A stretch of 64,000 bases of DNA from the human T2T-CHM13v2.0 reference genome, Homo sapiens (GCF_009914755.1 NC_060928.1); one strand, 5' to 3'; shown: positions 44,075-63,124, numbered from the stretch's first letter. Numbers and translations: made by a program. The notes: generated by a model not told the origin, from the letters alone.

Positions 44075-44715
44075 TTCCTTCCTTTCTTATTACAATTTAT
44101 TTGTGTGCATTCATTTTCATGTTTATTTGTTTAATGTCTATATCCCATGTTTGACTCTTATGTATATGTATTTTACCACTGTATATCCAGCATCTGTACC
44201 ATGCCTGGCATATAGTATGCTCTATGGCACATGCTGTCAAAATTTTGTTGAATGACCAAATTGATAAAATGTCAAGAGATCTGCTCTGAAATCCAGTCTT
44301 AAATTCTTTCTGATTTAGTAAATAACTTGAGCGAGTCACTCTCTACTTTGTTTGTCTTCCTTGGTTTAGTGAATAATAATAATACCTCACATACAATATG
44401 TTACATATTTATAATATTCATTTTTATAGCATCCACTGAGTGATTACTATGTGCCAGGTACTTTTCTAGGTTTTAGGGGCACAGCAGTGAACCAAAAAAG
44501 ACAAAAATATCTGCCTTCATGGAGCTTACATTCTAGTAAAATCTGTTGTTTGCTTTTGGTCTTGACAACAACCCTGTGAAGTGGGTAGAGCTGCTAATTC
44601 TATTGATTTACTAATGTGGAAGTAGAGGCTATGTGAAATTAAGTATCTAGTAAAGATCAATCAGCTAGTGAGTTCGAGAAGCAGATATTTGTTGTCCAGT
44701 GCTTTTCCCATTATG
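44075..44715. mobile_element. L2 and MIR relics
   Basis: CATGCCTGGCATATAGTATGCTC...TTGTTGAATGA (L2 +), TACTATGTGCCAGGTAC...CCTTCATGGAGCTTACATTCTAG (L2 -), ACAACAACCCTGTGAAGTGGGTA (MIR -). Confidence 0.65.
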
Positions 44716-46367
44716 TCATCCTTTCTCCCATAACTCCTCATCTAGCATGTGGAAATTTTCTGAGGAAAAGTAAGATCCAATTTATTTAACCTCTTCTGTA
44801 AAATAGACTGTGTAAGTACAAACTGATAACGTGACTCAGGTTCTAAAGTGGCTTTAAGAACTATGGCATTTCAAGATACCTTAAATCTAAAGAAATCTTA
44901 AAATTTTAGTCTGAATCATTTTGTTTAGATATGGCCCATTACTATTTTGTAACACCTGCCTCTTATACCTGGTCTCTTGACTGTAGGATTTGGGGCTTAC
45001 TATTGTTAAATGCTCTAGTACTCTACATTAGCATAGAAATCTAGACATTGCCCATAGCGGATAACGTATTAGTTGCTAAGCAAGGGAAATTATTATGCCA
45101 TCTGCTGCGTCTTATAAGGTGTGTTATCACCTAACTCACTTTTTGAATCAACACACCAAAGACACCATAAGTAATGTAAATTATGGTAGCTTGTACATTT
45201 TTCAACTGAATAAGCAGTTTATAAAAAACAAAAAACCCACCTAACTTTGTGACTCTTCTAAATTTTAATAGATGCCTAGGAAAAATTATTTTTGGCCTTC
45301 AAACTTTGTTTCCATGAGATAATCTTTTCTTAGACCATTAGATACCCTGTATTCAAACTTAAAACAAGAATTATTTATTGTTATGAACTTACAATAGTTC
45401 TTTGGCATTCTTAGTAAGTTATTCATAGAAAATCAGCTATTTATTTTAATCCAATCATTTAAAATTCTAGAAAGCACTGAAATGCCCCAAAATATGCTTA
45501 AGCTTGCATAGAGGAAACTAGACATGGAAAATATATCTATTTGACAGAAATAACAAAGTCATTTCTTTATAAATCTGCCCTAAAGGCCATATATTTAATA
45601 TAATTCTATTTGATTTTTGCCCCACTAACGAATTGGATTACCATAGAAAAAACACTTCTCAAAGTGTGTTCCTTGAGTATATTTCCTAAGAAATTAACCA
45701 GTATTATTGGAGGAGAAGAAAGATTTCTGTAGTTATATATGATTTTTTAAATGCTTGGTTAAAGAGGTTTCTTCACTATAGGACTTCTCAGAACTGTAAC
45801 TATGTGAATATGTTAGTGTGTATTGTAATCTCTAGTGGGCAATATTCTTCTCAGTCACAGAAAGATTTCTTCTTAGGAATATCTTGTAAGACTAGTGTTC
45901 TGGAAAACACAATATGGAAAACACTACCTTAGAGTAAATGTTGGTATTTGCTTAATAGCTATGAAGTCTATATATTTATTATGGTTGTTCTTCAGTCCTC
46001 TTCCACTACAGCATACTCTCTCTGGGTACTCTCAATTGTACTAAAGGCTTTAAATACCACTTGCAGTCTGATGATGTCTGTATATGTAAATTCACCAACT
46101 CTGTCTCCTGAGCTTTAGATACATATGCATACCTGCTTATCCAATTTTTTAATATGAGTATTGAGGACTTCAAACTCAATTATCCAAAACTGAGCTCAAT
46201 AGCTTCCTCTCAAACCCGCTCCTCCTGCTGCTTTCTTGTTTTATTATTGGAGATCACCGATATCCTCCACTCAACTGCCCAACCCAGACACCTGGGAGCC
46301 ATCCTTACTCTTTTTACTCACTCTCTCTTCTCATGCAACCATCAACATAACCTAACTATACTCATTC

Positions 46368-47718
<1,351 letters not shown>

Positions 47719-47819
47719 ACTATCCTCATTCTTTATAGCCCTCAAGTAAGTCCACTTCACTCAAATTGCATTTAACTTAACTAAAGCCTTTATCATCTTA
47801 CATAGATTGCCAAAGTAAC

Positions 47820-48205
47820 CCATCATTCAATAGAAATATAATGTCAGTCACAACACAAACCATGTATGTAATTTGAAATTTTCTAATAGCCACATTAAAA
47901 AACATAAATATAAGAGATAAAATTAGTTTTTAAAATATATTTTATTTAACCCAATATATGCAAAATAACCCAATATATGCAATATATGCAAAACCCAATA
48001 TATGCAAAATACATTGCAACATGTAATCACTGTACAATTATGGATATATATAAATGAATGATATATTTTACATTGTTATTTTTACACTAAGTCTTTGACA
48101 TCCAATGTGCATTTTCCACTTTAAATCATCTCAATTCATACCAGCCACACTTGAAGAGCTCAGTAGCCACATGTGGCTGGTGGCTATGATATTGGACAGC
48201 ACAGC
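47820..48205. mobile_element. MER33-like hAT-Charlie element with internal AACCCAATATATGCAA repeats
   Basis: CAATAGAAATATAATG...TTTTCTAATAGCCACATTAAAAA...AGCCACATGTGGCTGGTGGCTATGATATTGGACAGCACAG. Confidence 0.75.
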
Positions 48206-48739
48206 TCTGACTGGTTTCCTTGCCTGCAGACTCTCCCCTTCCACTTCATTCTCCCCAGCTGCAGCCAGTGTGGCATGTTTGATTCTATCACTTCACTGTT
48301 GAAGGTCCTTGAATGATTTTGCATTGTATAAGCTTTCAAGACCCATGATAATAAGCTGTACTTACCTCTTGAACTTTATCTCATTCAACTCCATTCTAAG
48401 CTCCATACATACTGATATCTTTATGGTTGTTTCCCAAAGATATCATGCCTTCTCTCTTCTAGGCCTTTGTACATGTTGCTTTCTGCTTAGAATTATCTTC
48501 CCCAAATATTTTGCCAAGTGAACTCCTATTTAGGTCTCAATTCTTCCAGGAAATCTTCCCTCAATGCAAAAGTCTGAATAAGCTGCTACTCCTATGAACT
48601 CTCATTGTATCATCTGCTTACCTAATATTAGAATTTATTGCAGTGTGTCTTATTGTATCCACTGAGGTAAACTTTGTTACAGTTTATCTCTCCTGCTAGA
48701 CTGTGAGCTCCATGAAGGTAGGTAGCAAATTGTGGTTCA

Positions 48740-49070
48740 TTTTTTTCTCATAGACCATAGATAGTCCATGGCTGGTGCAGGGACTCAAGAATGTTATTAA
48801 AAGATCAAACTTCTCCCACTCAGCCATTCTTCAGTGTCAGTTTGTCACTGCATGCTCACAAAAAGGCTACTGCAGCTCCAGGTACTAGACTCAAGTGCAA
48901 GGCAGGAAGAAGAGGAAAGGGAGCTATGACAGCCATGTCTGTCCATTTTATGAGGAAATCAAAAGCCTCCCCAGAAACCCCCAGTACACTTCCCTTTAGA
49001 GCTCATTGGCTGCTGCTGTGTCACATGGCCACATCTGGCTTCAAGGAGGCTGAACAAGGTAAATACTGAC
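48740..49070. mobile_element. Old MaLR LTR (MLT1-like) fragment
   Basis: GGCTACTGCAGCTCCAGG, CTCATTGGC...GTCACATGGCCAC...CAAGGAGGCTG. Confidence 0.55.
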
Positions 49071-51913
49071 TGCACAGTAGAAAGTGGCATGGAGAAAGGA
49101 AATAGGAACACCTAGTGAGCCAGCTAAACATAAATGTTTGCTGTAAGTACTTCTTTTGAAGTCTTTCTCTCTCCTCAACCCCCAAGATTTGGGGAGTGTT
49201 TGTGCTTTGTGTGTTTGAGATATTTGAAGTTATATGACAAGGTTGTAGGTGTATGTTTGAGATATATGAAGTTATGTTCCAAGGCTGTAGGTCTATTCTA
49301 AAGCCAGAGCTCAACAATGTAGGGGAAAAGGAAATGCATTTCCTTCCTTTTTACTAAGATTGCAAAGTAAATGAAGTGGGAACTGGAAGAATACACTCCA
49401 AATTTTACTTAACAAAATGATAGTGAAGCAATAATTTAGTTTTCTTGGATGGACCTCCAATCAGCATGAAGTCAATGACTCAATGGGGCAGAGATGAACA
49501 CTTGAGTCACAGTGCATTAAGTCCTGGCAATTAATGCATAAACAGAGTCACTCACTCTTTGATAAAGCACAATAGGAATCATTCCTTTGAAGGAGTAGAG
49601 TGTCAGCTTATATATGAAACTCTCCTACTAGTATAGTGACAGCTGATTCTGCTGGCTAGGTGATCCTAAATTGCTGAGCCTTGTTTCTATAACCAGAGAT
49701 AAGATCAGAAATGAATATGAATAAAAGTTGATCTAGAATGTAAAATAGTTGATCCAGCCAGAGCAGACTGCTTCTCAGTGGCAGGAGTGCTGTTCTGGCC
49801 ATGGTTCTGCTTTATAAGGCAGCCTCTCTGGCAGCAAGCATCAAGTGAGAGTATGATGCAAAAGTATCTATTGATCCTGCCAGCATCTATTGAACTAACA
49901 TGATTCATTCTTCAACACTCACTTCCTGATAAATAGAAACAAAGTCAGAATGATTGAGTGCCTTGAAAGGGTCAGTGTTTCTGGCTCTGGAAATACACTC
50001 TGCTTTGCTTCCCCATTTGTTTCTCATCAGTGGATTTGCTTCAGATGTTATCTAGCAGCAGGGAGACCATTACTGCATGGACATGTCCTGTTACAGTGAC
50101 ATTCATTCAATTTTCTAAAGTGAAGCATGGGCCGTGGACTGTCTGAATGTCTCTAAAAATATAAGACAAGCAGCTTATGTTTAAACGGTGATTAGACACT
50201 TAAAAATTTGGAAAGCTTGAACTTATGCATATTTAATAACAGTGATAGCTCATTTTTCATTCTTTGAGTTAAAAGGCTTGGAAGTATCAAAGACCATTAG
50301 AATTCCTCGAAAATTTCCAGACATTATTTATACTATTATATGTTATTCAATATTGTTTCCTACCAAACTCTTTCATCAGAACTGCTATGGAGTTGCAAAA
50401 CTGATGTTGGACCTCAACTTTCTGCCTCTCTACAGGTCCGAGAGAGTACTAGTAAGTAGCAAATGGGGAAAGCCCATCCATTAGAGGGAGAGGAGAAAAA
50501 TAAAAGTGTCTAAATAATCCCCAAACTCTGTAGTCTATCACTGAATTATCTAGGGTTGACTATTTCCCTTAATTAGCATTTGTAATTGTAAACAGATCTG
50601 CTTATTTGAATCTTTCTTGAGCCAGCATCGTGTATAACGTGGCATTCTACAGTTATGCAAACAAAGGCACTGATTTTTAATTGATATGGAAATTGCTTAC
50701 AGTGAGCTTTTATGAAGAGCAATTATTGCATTGGAAAAAGATCTAAAGAGTAGTTATTAATCTTTACAAATTTTGATTTGGGTGTAAATGCATCTGATCT
50801 CTAGGGTTCTATAGTGGAGAATGAATTTATGTGTTAGCCACATTTATGTCATTTTTCCAGATATCAGATTCCTGGTGCATTTGTAGTTTTTGCCTAAACA
50901 AATGTTAACTTCAGGCTTGGTTTAGTTTACTTCCTTCTCAATATATTGCATCTTTTATTCTTCCCTAAGTATACTCAAACACATTATCAGAATTTTTGCT
51001 TCCATGATTATGCTTCGCCTTCCTCAAGGTCAGAGATCCTGTCTTCATGATCTTTGTAAGTCTGTAACACAGCACAATGCCTGGCTCATAGGAGGCATTC
51101 AAATAAAAGTTGAAGGAAATGAATTTAGCCTAAATAAGTGATTTGAGACAAATAAAATAATCTGTTTGTCTGCCTTGCCTTATCTGCAAAAGAGGCAAGT
51201 ATTTTGATTTATACCACAAGTATATTTTGCGAATCAATATACAGTAGTAGGAGAGTAATTGTTCAGAGGCTGATTGTTGCACAAAATTCAAGAAAAAAAA
51301 TTACCCTGTGGTTCTCTGCTGTTATGAGTCTACATAAAATCCTACTCTCCTTGATTTGCTAATATTGCAAGTACCTGAGCAATTTGCTGTTCCCACCTAT
51401 TCCCAATCTAAATAGTACTAATGTTTTGCAGGTTTCTCATTTCCATTGAGTAGCTGCTCTTCAGACTTAGTATAATCTCAGAATTTAATTAGCAATCAGA
51501 GCAAAGGTCAATTGGTGTCTCACTGCATGGACTGAGAGAAAGAGTGAAGATGATTACATTTTCGCCTGATGCCCATTGCTCATTTGAAAGAACTCAAGTT
51601 CTTAACAACTGAAGCCAGCAGTGGTGTGAAGCCAGATGTCTTTACCCATCTGCTGTTCCTGATAGCTGAAGCTACTTCATCAACACTGGTTAATATGCTC
51701 TGGCAGGTGCAGGTCTTTAGAAATCAGTTTAAATTATTAAACCCCTTGCTTACACATAGGCTTCTAGAATCCACCCCAACTTTATATCTTGCCCATGGTC
51801 AGGCATCATGAGGGGACTGGACCATGCTCTTGTGACTCTTTTCACTGCCATCAGGATTTGAAGTCTTTATTTAGAGAGTCTCAGGCTGCCTTTAATATGT
51901 TTTTACCCTCTGA

Positions 51914-52218
<305 letters not shown>

Positions 52219-55179
52219 TGACCCAATAATTCTACTTCTGGGAATTTAATTGAATAAAATTGTCAGAGAGCTATTCAGAAATTCACATATACAACATTTG
52301 CAATAACATGGTTATAATATCAAAAACCTGGAAACAGTCAAATTAGTTAAGTAGGAGATTACATAATGATACAGCCACACTGTACTATGCAGCTACTAAA
52401 AATCATTTAGCAAGATTGGAAAATGCTCATTATATACTATAAGGTGAAAAGAGTAGAATGCAACTATAGGTATATAGTGTAATTTTGTAAAACAAACTAT
52501 ACATATATATGCATATAATTTTAGAAAATATATTTGTATTAGTAGGGTTATAGATATTTGCAAGTATTTTTCCTATTTAAGCCAATCTGTATTGTCCAGG
52601 TTCTCCATAATTTTATCAAAAACAGTTAATTTTCAATTATAAATTAGCTCAGCTTTTTGTTTTAAATAAGTGATAATGAAAAGGCAGTGGTTCACATACA
52701 GAAAAGTGCGGGAACATCCTTACGAAGCAACAAATTTAAAGGTGAGAAGGAGAGACAACAAGATCAGCAGGGATCAAGGTGCCAGTGTGGGAGAGGGAGC
52801 ACTTACAGATTTGGGTCATCCCGACCTGGGGATCTCTAAGAAAAAGGTGAAAATTCCATGCCAAGTTCAATAAATACAGAGCTCAATACTGATTTCAGAT
52901 GATAAAGTATTAACACATTGTTGATGATAAGGAATCAGCTACATTGGTTCTGTTCACTGCAGCAGCATGGCCAGAAGAGTGATGCTTGGGTCAGGAGGTA
53001 GAGCTGCCTCCCTGACTAAGGTCGAGTCTAGAAGCAGAGATAGAAGAGCAGAGCCTGTTGTAGGTTGTGAGGGAGAGGAAGTGAACCCAGCAGGCAGAGC
53101 AAGCATAAAGTTTATTGCCAGGAACACAGCAATGGAAAATGCAGGGTTGAGTAATATTCAGAGATCCAAATCCAGCAGCCAGAGGGAGCCTTTAAAAGTT
53201 AAGTCTAATCTGTCATTCCTCTGCTCAAAATCCTCCAGTAGCAACTCATTTCACCCAGAGTAAAAGCCATAGTCATAAAATCTAAATCTAAAAAATGTGC
53301 CCTTGGAAATCAGCTTGAGGTATCATGTTGTTCTTGGACTGCACAAGGATGGCAGAATCTCCCCAGTAGCTGTCAGCCACACTGGCCTTTGCTTTTTTTT
53401 TCAGTTCCCTAGGACCTCTAAAGAGCTATAACAACTAAACCTGCAAGCTTGGAACCTATAGCAGATTTCATCCACAAGGGGTCCCAGGAGAGGAAGCCTT
53501 GATACACAGATGCAAGTTGGAATCTAGGTCTGAGGGACTGTGGGGAGTGCAGTGAAACTGACGATTTGGGTCTGGAACATAAAGTGTCATTGTGCTCTTG
53601 GGGCAACTGCAGTTGTGCAGGGATCAAATCCTCTGCTTCGAACAAACAAACAAACAAACCAACCCACCAATGTGCTCAACTGCTTCAAGCAGGTTTAAGT
53701 AATAAGACTATATATGAGGCTCACCTGCCTGCATTTATCTGTGACCCCAAGATCTAAAATGATGCCACAGTCATCATGGAAAAGTAGCGTGGGGAGAGAG
53801 AGGAATGTGGAAGAGAAGAAAGGGGAAGGTAGTCCCTGGAAAGCCTGGGGAACTGGTCAAGATGGTGTATGGCTGTACCCTGACCCGTTCCATCAAAGCA
53901 GAATCTAAAGTGCTGCTGTGAGTTTCCAGAAAAGGAGCAAAACCCACAGGATGCACACATTCCAACTGTGCTCTGTGGAGCCTTTGGTCTAAATCTAACC
54001 CAGCTTTTCTGAGGTCAAAGGCTGAGTCAGTGAGAGAGCTGAGAATAGAACCCCTGAGCACCTGACGCCCGCCTGTGACCTATCTGTTAAACCATACAGA
54101 ACAAGGTGTGTGCACATAAAGCATTTTTTATTTTAGTGATGGGAAGCAGGGCTTACCAAGTTTAGAAACTTCTTTGAAACCAGAGGTTCAGTCTTTGCAA
54201 CCTGCACACTGACAATTACATAAAACATATATTTCTTTTTCTTCCTAGTGAAAGGGACTTTTTCAAATAATAAATTAGAGGATTCAAAGATGTTTTCCTA
54301 GACATGAATGGTTGTTTAAAAGCAGCACTTTTTTTCTTATTTAAATGTAGATGAATCTGAATGGGCTGGATTTAAACTGTGACATGCATTTCTAAGTTAC
54401 GTTCTCCTCTACCTGTCTGCGCCAACACAGAAACACAGCAGTGAAAGTCTGTGCTCAAACCTCATCATAAACACAAGCCAAGGAGTTCCATACAAGGAAC
54501 AACTTTTTGATTCCACCTGCCTGTTTTTGCTAGACCTTGACTTTGAGAAGAAAAAAAGGCTTGCAGTATAATTTTGGGGCTGCTCCAAGCCATGCGGGTT
54601 TCCCAGGTAGGCTAATAATTTTGTGCACCCACAAACCGTTACTAAATAAATACTTTTTAGGCTAAGTGTGGCAAGGAGTAAGAGGACTTTTGTGACAGCA
54701 GTTGGCATGTCCTATCCTATGCTATCTAAAATGGTAGCCATTAGACACACTTGGCTCTTTAACTACAAATTGATTAAAACAAAATTCAATTTAAAAATTG
54801 GTTATTTACCAGCTACTCATACCAGCTACATTTCAAGTGCTAAATAGCCACCTGTGGGTAGTGGTTATTGTATTACACAGCACTGATATGCAGAAAGCTC
54901 TACTGGACAGTACTGTTATGTCCCAAGTAATTCAGGTTCCAAATATATGTGCTCCTTGCTGTGCTCATCTACTGACAAGGCAGTTTAATGGTAATCTGTT
55001 ATATTCTACCATTCAATCATTCAGCATGTATTGATCAAACACCTACTACACTTCCTGGCTTTGTTTGCCTATGGGCCAAGTGGTACCTGTGGCTTCAGAT
55101 TTCAAAGAAGGCCCCGGGGCAGAAAATGAAAAGACCCATGGTAATGTTTGATGTGAGACTGTCTGTGTAGAAAAAACTC

Positions 55180-56115
55180 ACTGTTTTTCTCTTTATTTGC
55201 ACTCTCAATACTTCACTTCTGATACTGTGTGTGTGTGTGTGTGTGTGTGCCTGTGTGTAAAGTTTCCCACACCAAGTAATTCTCCAATTCTCTGCAGACA
55301 CCAACCAGGTATCCTAGCATTCAATTCAATTCGGACACTCATCAGACTTAGCATCAGCTCCTACAGTTCGGACACTAACCAGAGTTAGCATCAGATTTCA
55401 CAGGTCAAGGATTTAATCCCACAAAATTGCTCCCAATTCAGATGCCAATCCCAAGTCCAGGTTGTCACTCATGGTTCTGACCAGCCAACTATAAATCAGG
55501 CTCTCCACAACCCCTCTCTAGGTGAATCGTTTGCTAGACTAGCACACAAAACACAGGAAAAAATTTTACTTCCTAGATTACTGGTTGATTATAGAAGACA
55601 CAACTCAGGAACAATCAGATGGAAGGGATGCATAGGGCAAGGGATGGAGAAGGAGTACGGAGCTTCTATGCCCGCTGCGGGCACACCACCCTCCCAGGAC
55701 CTCCACATGGTCACCTACCCTGAAGCTCCCCAAATCCTGTAGTTTAGAGATTTTTATGCAGGCTTTAATATGTAGGGATGATTGGTTATTAACTCAGTTT
55801 CTAGCGCCTGTTTCCTGCCCAGAGGATGGGGGTTGAGGTTGAAAGATTCAAGCTTCTAATTCTGGTTTGGTCTTTCTGATGACCAGCCTCCACCCAGGAG
55901 CCCACCAACGTTTGCCTCATTAGAACAAAACACATTCCCACCACCCAGAAAATTCCAAGGTATTAAGAGCTCTGTGTTAGAAAGCAGGGTCAAGGACCAA
56001 ATATTAGAGAAAAGATATTCACTTAACAAAACTATTGTTCAGGAAATTACTTTCAGGAGCTCTGTGATAGGAACCGGAGGCAGAGATCAGATGTGTATTT
56101 TTTTATTATGTCATA
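55180..56115 (-). mobile_element. MER21-like LTR with (TG)n at 55225-55249
   Basis: CACACCAAGTAATTCTCCAATTCTCTGCAGACACCA...CAATTCAATTC...GAGTTAGCATCAGA...ACAACTCAGGAACA...GATGCATAGGGCAAGG. Confidence 0.7.
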
Positions 56116-57218
56116 CTGTCCACTGCCACTGGAGATGAGAAATGGGCTTAGGGTAAATGACCCAGGGCACCAAAATTGTGCACTTTGTAACTGTAACTAT
56201 TTTTGCCTTCATTTAAAAAATCACTGCTATTACAATTTAAAGTATTTTTAGTATCCAGTAGTAACACCATGTGAGCATTCGTTTGAAGGTGGTCCAAATG
56301 ATGCTGCTGAGAAAATGGTCCTGAAAATCAGTATCTTTGGAATAGAAGCTAGACATGCTAAAATAAGACCAAACACCCTGACACACTGGGTTGTACATTT
56401 TGAAGAAAGCATGCTATGAAATATTAGAAATAATCTTGGAAAAAACATAAAACAACTATTAAAGTGAAAATAGACAAAAATTACAGTAGATGTATGTGCT
56501 ATGAGAATCCATCCTTCCCTAGTTTCCATTTAGGAAAATTTTCCATGTGGGAAAATTAGGCTGGAATTATGCAACGCTTAAGGAACACAATCCTCACATG
56601 AGCCATCCCTGAATAACTTTCTTCATCAAGGTACTTTTCCAGCGAAAACTGTATAGATTGGCAGCCAAGGAGACTGCTCAGTGAATCCATCCTGTTGTTT
56701 AGCTTCAGTCTGGCACATAAGAGTAAAAAATACTGTGGTTGCACACACAACATCCATTTTACCCTCTTACTTTGGGTAGAAACCATGTGGCTGTTCTCCC
56801 CTAACTCTAGAGGTGGATTCTCACTAGTCTAGGCCTGGCTGTTATTGGTTTAGATGGGCTCATTTCCCAGGTCTAAAATTACTGTGACTTCCTTAGCCAT
56901 ACTAATTTTTTTCAGAGGTGAGAAAGTCCAGTCAGTGGGAAGCTTAAGAATTTGGTTTTATGGTTGGAAGGAAAGGAACCCCTTCTTGCCCCCAGTGCAA
57001 ATGAGAAAGCATTTAGCCCTAGGAGCTGCGGGTAGCCACCTTGCTACCATATGGAAAACCAGCCTAAATAAAAAGCCAGTGCAAGAAGGAGAGCACAACC
57101 ACGGGAACTGAACATTTTTAAAAAAGGAGCAATGACCCTGATGATAATATTATAAACCTTTGGCCCAAACTAACCCTAAAGTTTGCTCTCTAGTCTTTCT
57201 AGTTATGTGATTCAGTAA

Positions 57219-57569
<351 letters not shown>

Positions 57570-58676
57570 TGAGCCAGTTTTAGTTGTGTTTATGCTGCAG
57601 AAAGCTTCCTAACTGATAACAGACACTTAGAAATAAATATTCATTTCCCTTCCCATCCATCAGTAGTGCCATTAAAACGATCAAGACTTAAAACAGAAAG
57701 TCAAATATAAAGACAATAGAAGACTATGTTTTTTTCATGACCTAAATCAAATGCCATTTTTTTTCCACTCAAACTTTTTATAGCATAACCTTATTATTTT
57801 ATTGTTAGTCCCTAATCTCTGGCAATTCACTTCTAAATTGATTTATATTGCTTATAAAGTGAAACATCATCTACTACTCAGTTTAATTACTAAATTCTGA
57901 TTGCTTACATAAATAAACAGCTCTCTACATGTGACAGTCTGGACATTGCTGATCTCAGATTGGTTGAATTCACTTGTGGTCCTAATGGTGGTCAATCATG
58001 TGTCTGTGAAGGAGTTCTGATTGTAATAATGCTCTGGTGCAACAAAATAATGTTTCATAGTTTCATATTTTACAAAGTACATTATTACTTCCATTTGTCC
58101 TAGATATATATCTAACAATGTCTAGTTCAACAGATTCTGCAAGTTATCTCCCAATAGAAATGGTTGAAAATATGAAAACATTACACAAAGGCATTTGTGT
58201 AAATGAAACGTATATCAGTTTGGACTCTTTCTATTGCCAGTGATGGAAGACCCAACTTAAATTGGTTTCATTAAAGAAGGGGAATTCATTGACCCATGAA
58301 CTGAAAAATCCAGGGACTCATTTAGGGCAGGATTTGAGGCTCAAACAATGCTATCAGAACTTACCTTCTGTTTGTCTTCATCTCTGAGCTCTATTCTAAT
58401 GCATTGGCTCCATTCATAGTTCCAGGTTACCCCATGTCTCTTAGTCCAACAGAAGGGACGGTACTCTTCCTTGAAAAACTCAAAGAGAGGTCCTAGATCT
58501 TAGGATTATTGGTACTGATTGGCCTAACTAATTATTGTGATCAAGGGATGGAACACATAGATTGGCTTAGACTAGGTCCTATCCTAAACCCCTGTATTCA
58601 GCAGCAGACATAGTTCACTGGGACCACAGCCAAACCTACTGAAGGTAAGAGAAATCCTAAATATGTATATATTGTA

Positions 58677-59103
58677 CAGTTGACCCTTGAACAATGAAAG
58701 GTTAGGGGAGCTGACTCCATGCACAGTCAAAAATCCACATATAATTTTTGACTCCACCAAAACCTAACTACTAATAGCCTACTATTGACCTGAAGCCTTA
58801 CCAATAACATAACCAGTCATTTAGAACACATTTTCTGTTATAGGCATTATATACTGTATTTTAACAATAAAGTAAGCAAGAGAAAAGAAAATCATAAGGA
58901 AGAGAAAATATATTTACTATTTGTTTAGTGAAAGTGGATCATCATAAAGGTCTTCATCCTCATCATCTTCATGTTGAGTAGGCTGAGAAGAAGAATGAAG
59001 AGGAGGGATTGGTCTTGCTGTCTCAGGGGTAGCAGCAGAGGCAGAAGATCTGCCTATAAGTGGACGCACACAGTTCAAACCTGTGTTGTTCAAGGGTCAA
59101 CTG
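58677..59103. mobile_element. Tigger2a-like DNA transposon
   Basis: Perfect 18-bp TIRs CAGTTGACCCTTGAACAA / TTGTTCAAGGGTCAACTG, flanked by TA. Confidence 0.9.
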
Positions 59104-59416
59104 TACATTCTTATCTAAAAAAATGGATGTGTGGGTGGTGGGAGGTGAAATGGCAATGAACCATCAGAAAGTGAGGCCATATATCATTCTTGCCTTTGGT
59201 CCCAGGAACCTGTGGTGGTCTGGCTGAGGCCTTTCCCACTTACTCTGACTTTTCACATTCGGGTTCATATGCAGTCGCCAAGTTTGACTTTTAGTGGGCT
59301 TCTTTGCCTTTCTTTCTCACCCTATTCAGGTCCCATCTAAGCATTAATTTCTCTGTGAGCTCAATTCTTGTCTTGACAGTCAAAGTTAATGTACAAGGCA
59401 TTGTTAAAACCACATG

Positions 59417-59988
<572 letters not shown>

Positions 59989-61654
59989 ACCCTATTTCCC
60001 ATTTTTTCCCTCCTAATTCATTCTTGTTAGCTTCACAATATGATTTATGAACACAAACAATGGCTAGGAAAAGAAGGAATATTCTGGGTGATAGGTTCTG
60101 AGGTAGCTGGTTAACTAATTTTGATGGATAGAAAATAACTAACTTAGCTGACTAATTTTGATAAATAGAAAGTAAGTAATCTAGAAGAGCAGGGAGAATA
60201 TATTGCGGGCATCCAATATGAAGCACAGACTTTGTTTTTTTTCTAGAAATAGTTGAATTAGTTCTGATCTACTTGGAGGTATTTGGGTATTTCTAGATGA
60301 TCTGTCTTGGGACCAGTGTCCTGAAGAGGGATAGGTTTCATTTTTAAAGAGGGTAGCAGAAATACAAGGACATTTTTGGAAAGTTAAAATTGTCCACTAA
60401 GAAATTTGCTGAGCTTCTAATTTGTCTGTTAATCAACAATCTAAAAATAAGGGCTGCTTTAATTAAAAGACCAAAATAAATAACTCATGGAAAAGTCCCG
60501 TATTTGTTCCTGTCCAGCAGTCCAATTATATCATGTAATCACTTCTTCCCCTTTCAAGCTAACATGATTGCACTTGTTCTTTTCACTTAATAAATATGGA
60601 CTTCCCTTTTTAAGCTATTTGAAGAAATATACATCTCCTGCTTTGCCTATTAAGAAAGCACATTTTAACTTTTTTTTTTCTTTTGCCAAGGGAGATGCTA
60701 CATAGGGTGAATTCAAGGAGTCCCAAAGAAGAATCTGAAATAATGTGAGGCAACTGGGAGGTGTTGAGAAAAAGTATTAAACATGGATTTAAAAAGCTGG
60801 AGTTTAAATATAGTACAGCCATTACTGTGTTACCTTGGCCAATTTACCTAACCTCTGTGAGCATCATTTTCTGAAGAAAACAGAGAATAAGAGGGTCAAA
60901 AGTAACATAGTAATGAGACCCTATGTAAAGCTGGAAGGAGTCTTAGATGGACGTCAAGTCTACTCTCTAATACTTAAAGCATTGGGGGTAGATGGATTTT
61001 TATTTAAAATTATAACAGGAATACCTTTTATTTATGTAAATTTTACTCTTAAAGATTTTCTCTAAAAAAGAAATAATTTATTCTAAGAGATTCAATATGA
61101 CTAAAATAAATGACATGTCTTTATATCTGCCAGTGTTTTATTATCATAATGTTACAATGGTAAGCATTAAGTTCTGAGAATTGGATGTAAGCCACGTACT
61201 GCTAAGATCATTGGTTCTCATAGGTACAAATCTAAGTCTATTTTGGATCATACCCAGGAATTGATGAACCTTCCACCCAGGCTTAACATGAAGATAGAGA
61301 AAGGAATGCGACGGGCTTGGGAGGAGAAAGTGTTCAAAGTGCTAAGTTGAGATGTTTCGCATTCCAGGTCCCAAACTCAACATTTTAAAATTAGCCTCTC
61401 TATTTTAAAGAAGAGCAGGGTTTTTCTGACTCCATTCTATGGCCCTTGCTCTCTCCTATTTCTTCAAATTTCATATCAATTCATTGGGGTTTACATGAAA
61501 AAAGAGAATATTTGATAAACATTAATTCCCCCACAGATAGTATTTTTTTGCCCACCTGAATTTAAGGCAAGCCAATCTAAACTTCAAACCTGAACCAAAC
61601 AAAAAGGAGAAAAACAAAAGGAAACCTCAAAAACGTTTCTTTCAAGCTAGCTTT

Positions 61655-62880
<1,226 letters not shown>

Positions 62881-63124
62881 AAAAAAGTAAGTTCTGATTT
62901 TGTTGGAAATCTTTCCATGCCACTTATCAATATAATCCTAGCTTCTCCCCATGATCCAAATTAAAACAATAATTTCTAAGCCTTTTGGAGTTGTAACAAG
63001 TAATAATGATTAATTCTGCAGTCCTTCCTTTCTCCTTGTTTCCTTCCTTAATCATATCTGTTTTTCATCATACCTCACATACATAATATTATATAACTTA
63101 TTTTATTTTTAGAGTTAAATGTAT

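Noticed and set aside
52670-54708. Short ORFs in relatively repeat-poor DNA (e.g. 52967..53263)
   Set aside because: No recognisable protein motif, codon pattern or consistent splice structure; lengths are compatible with chance.
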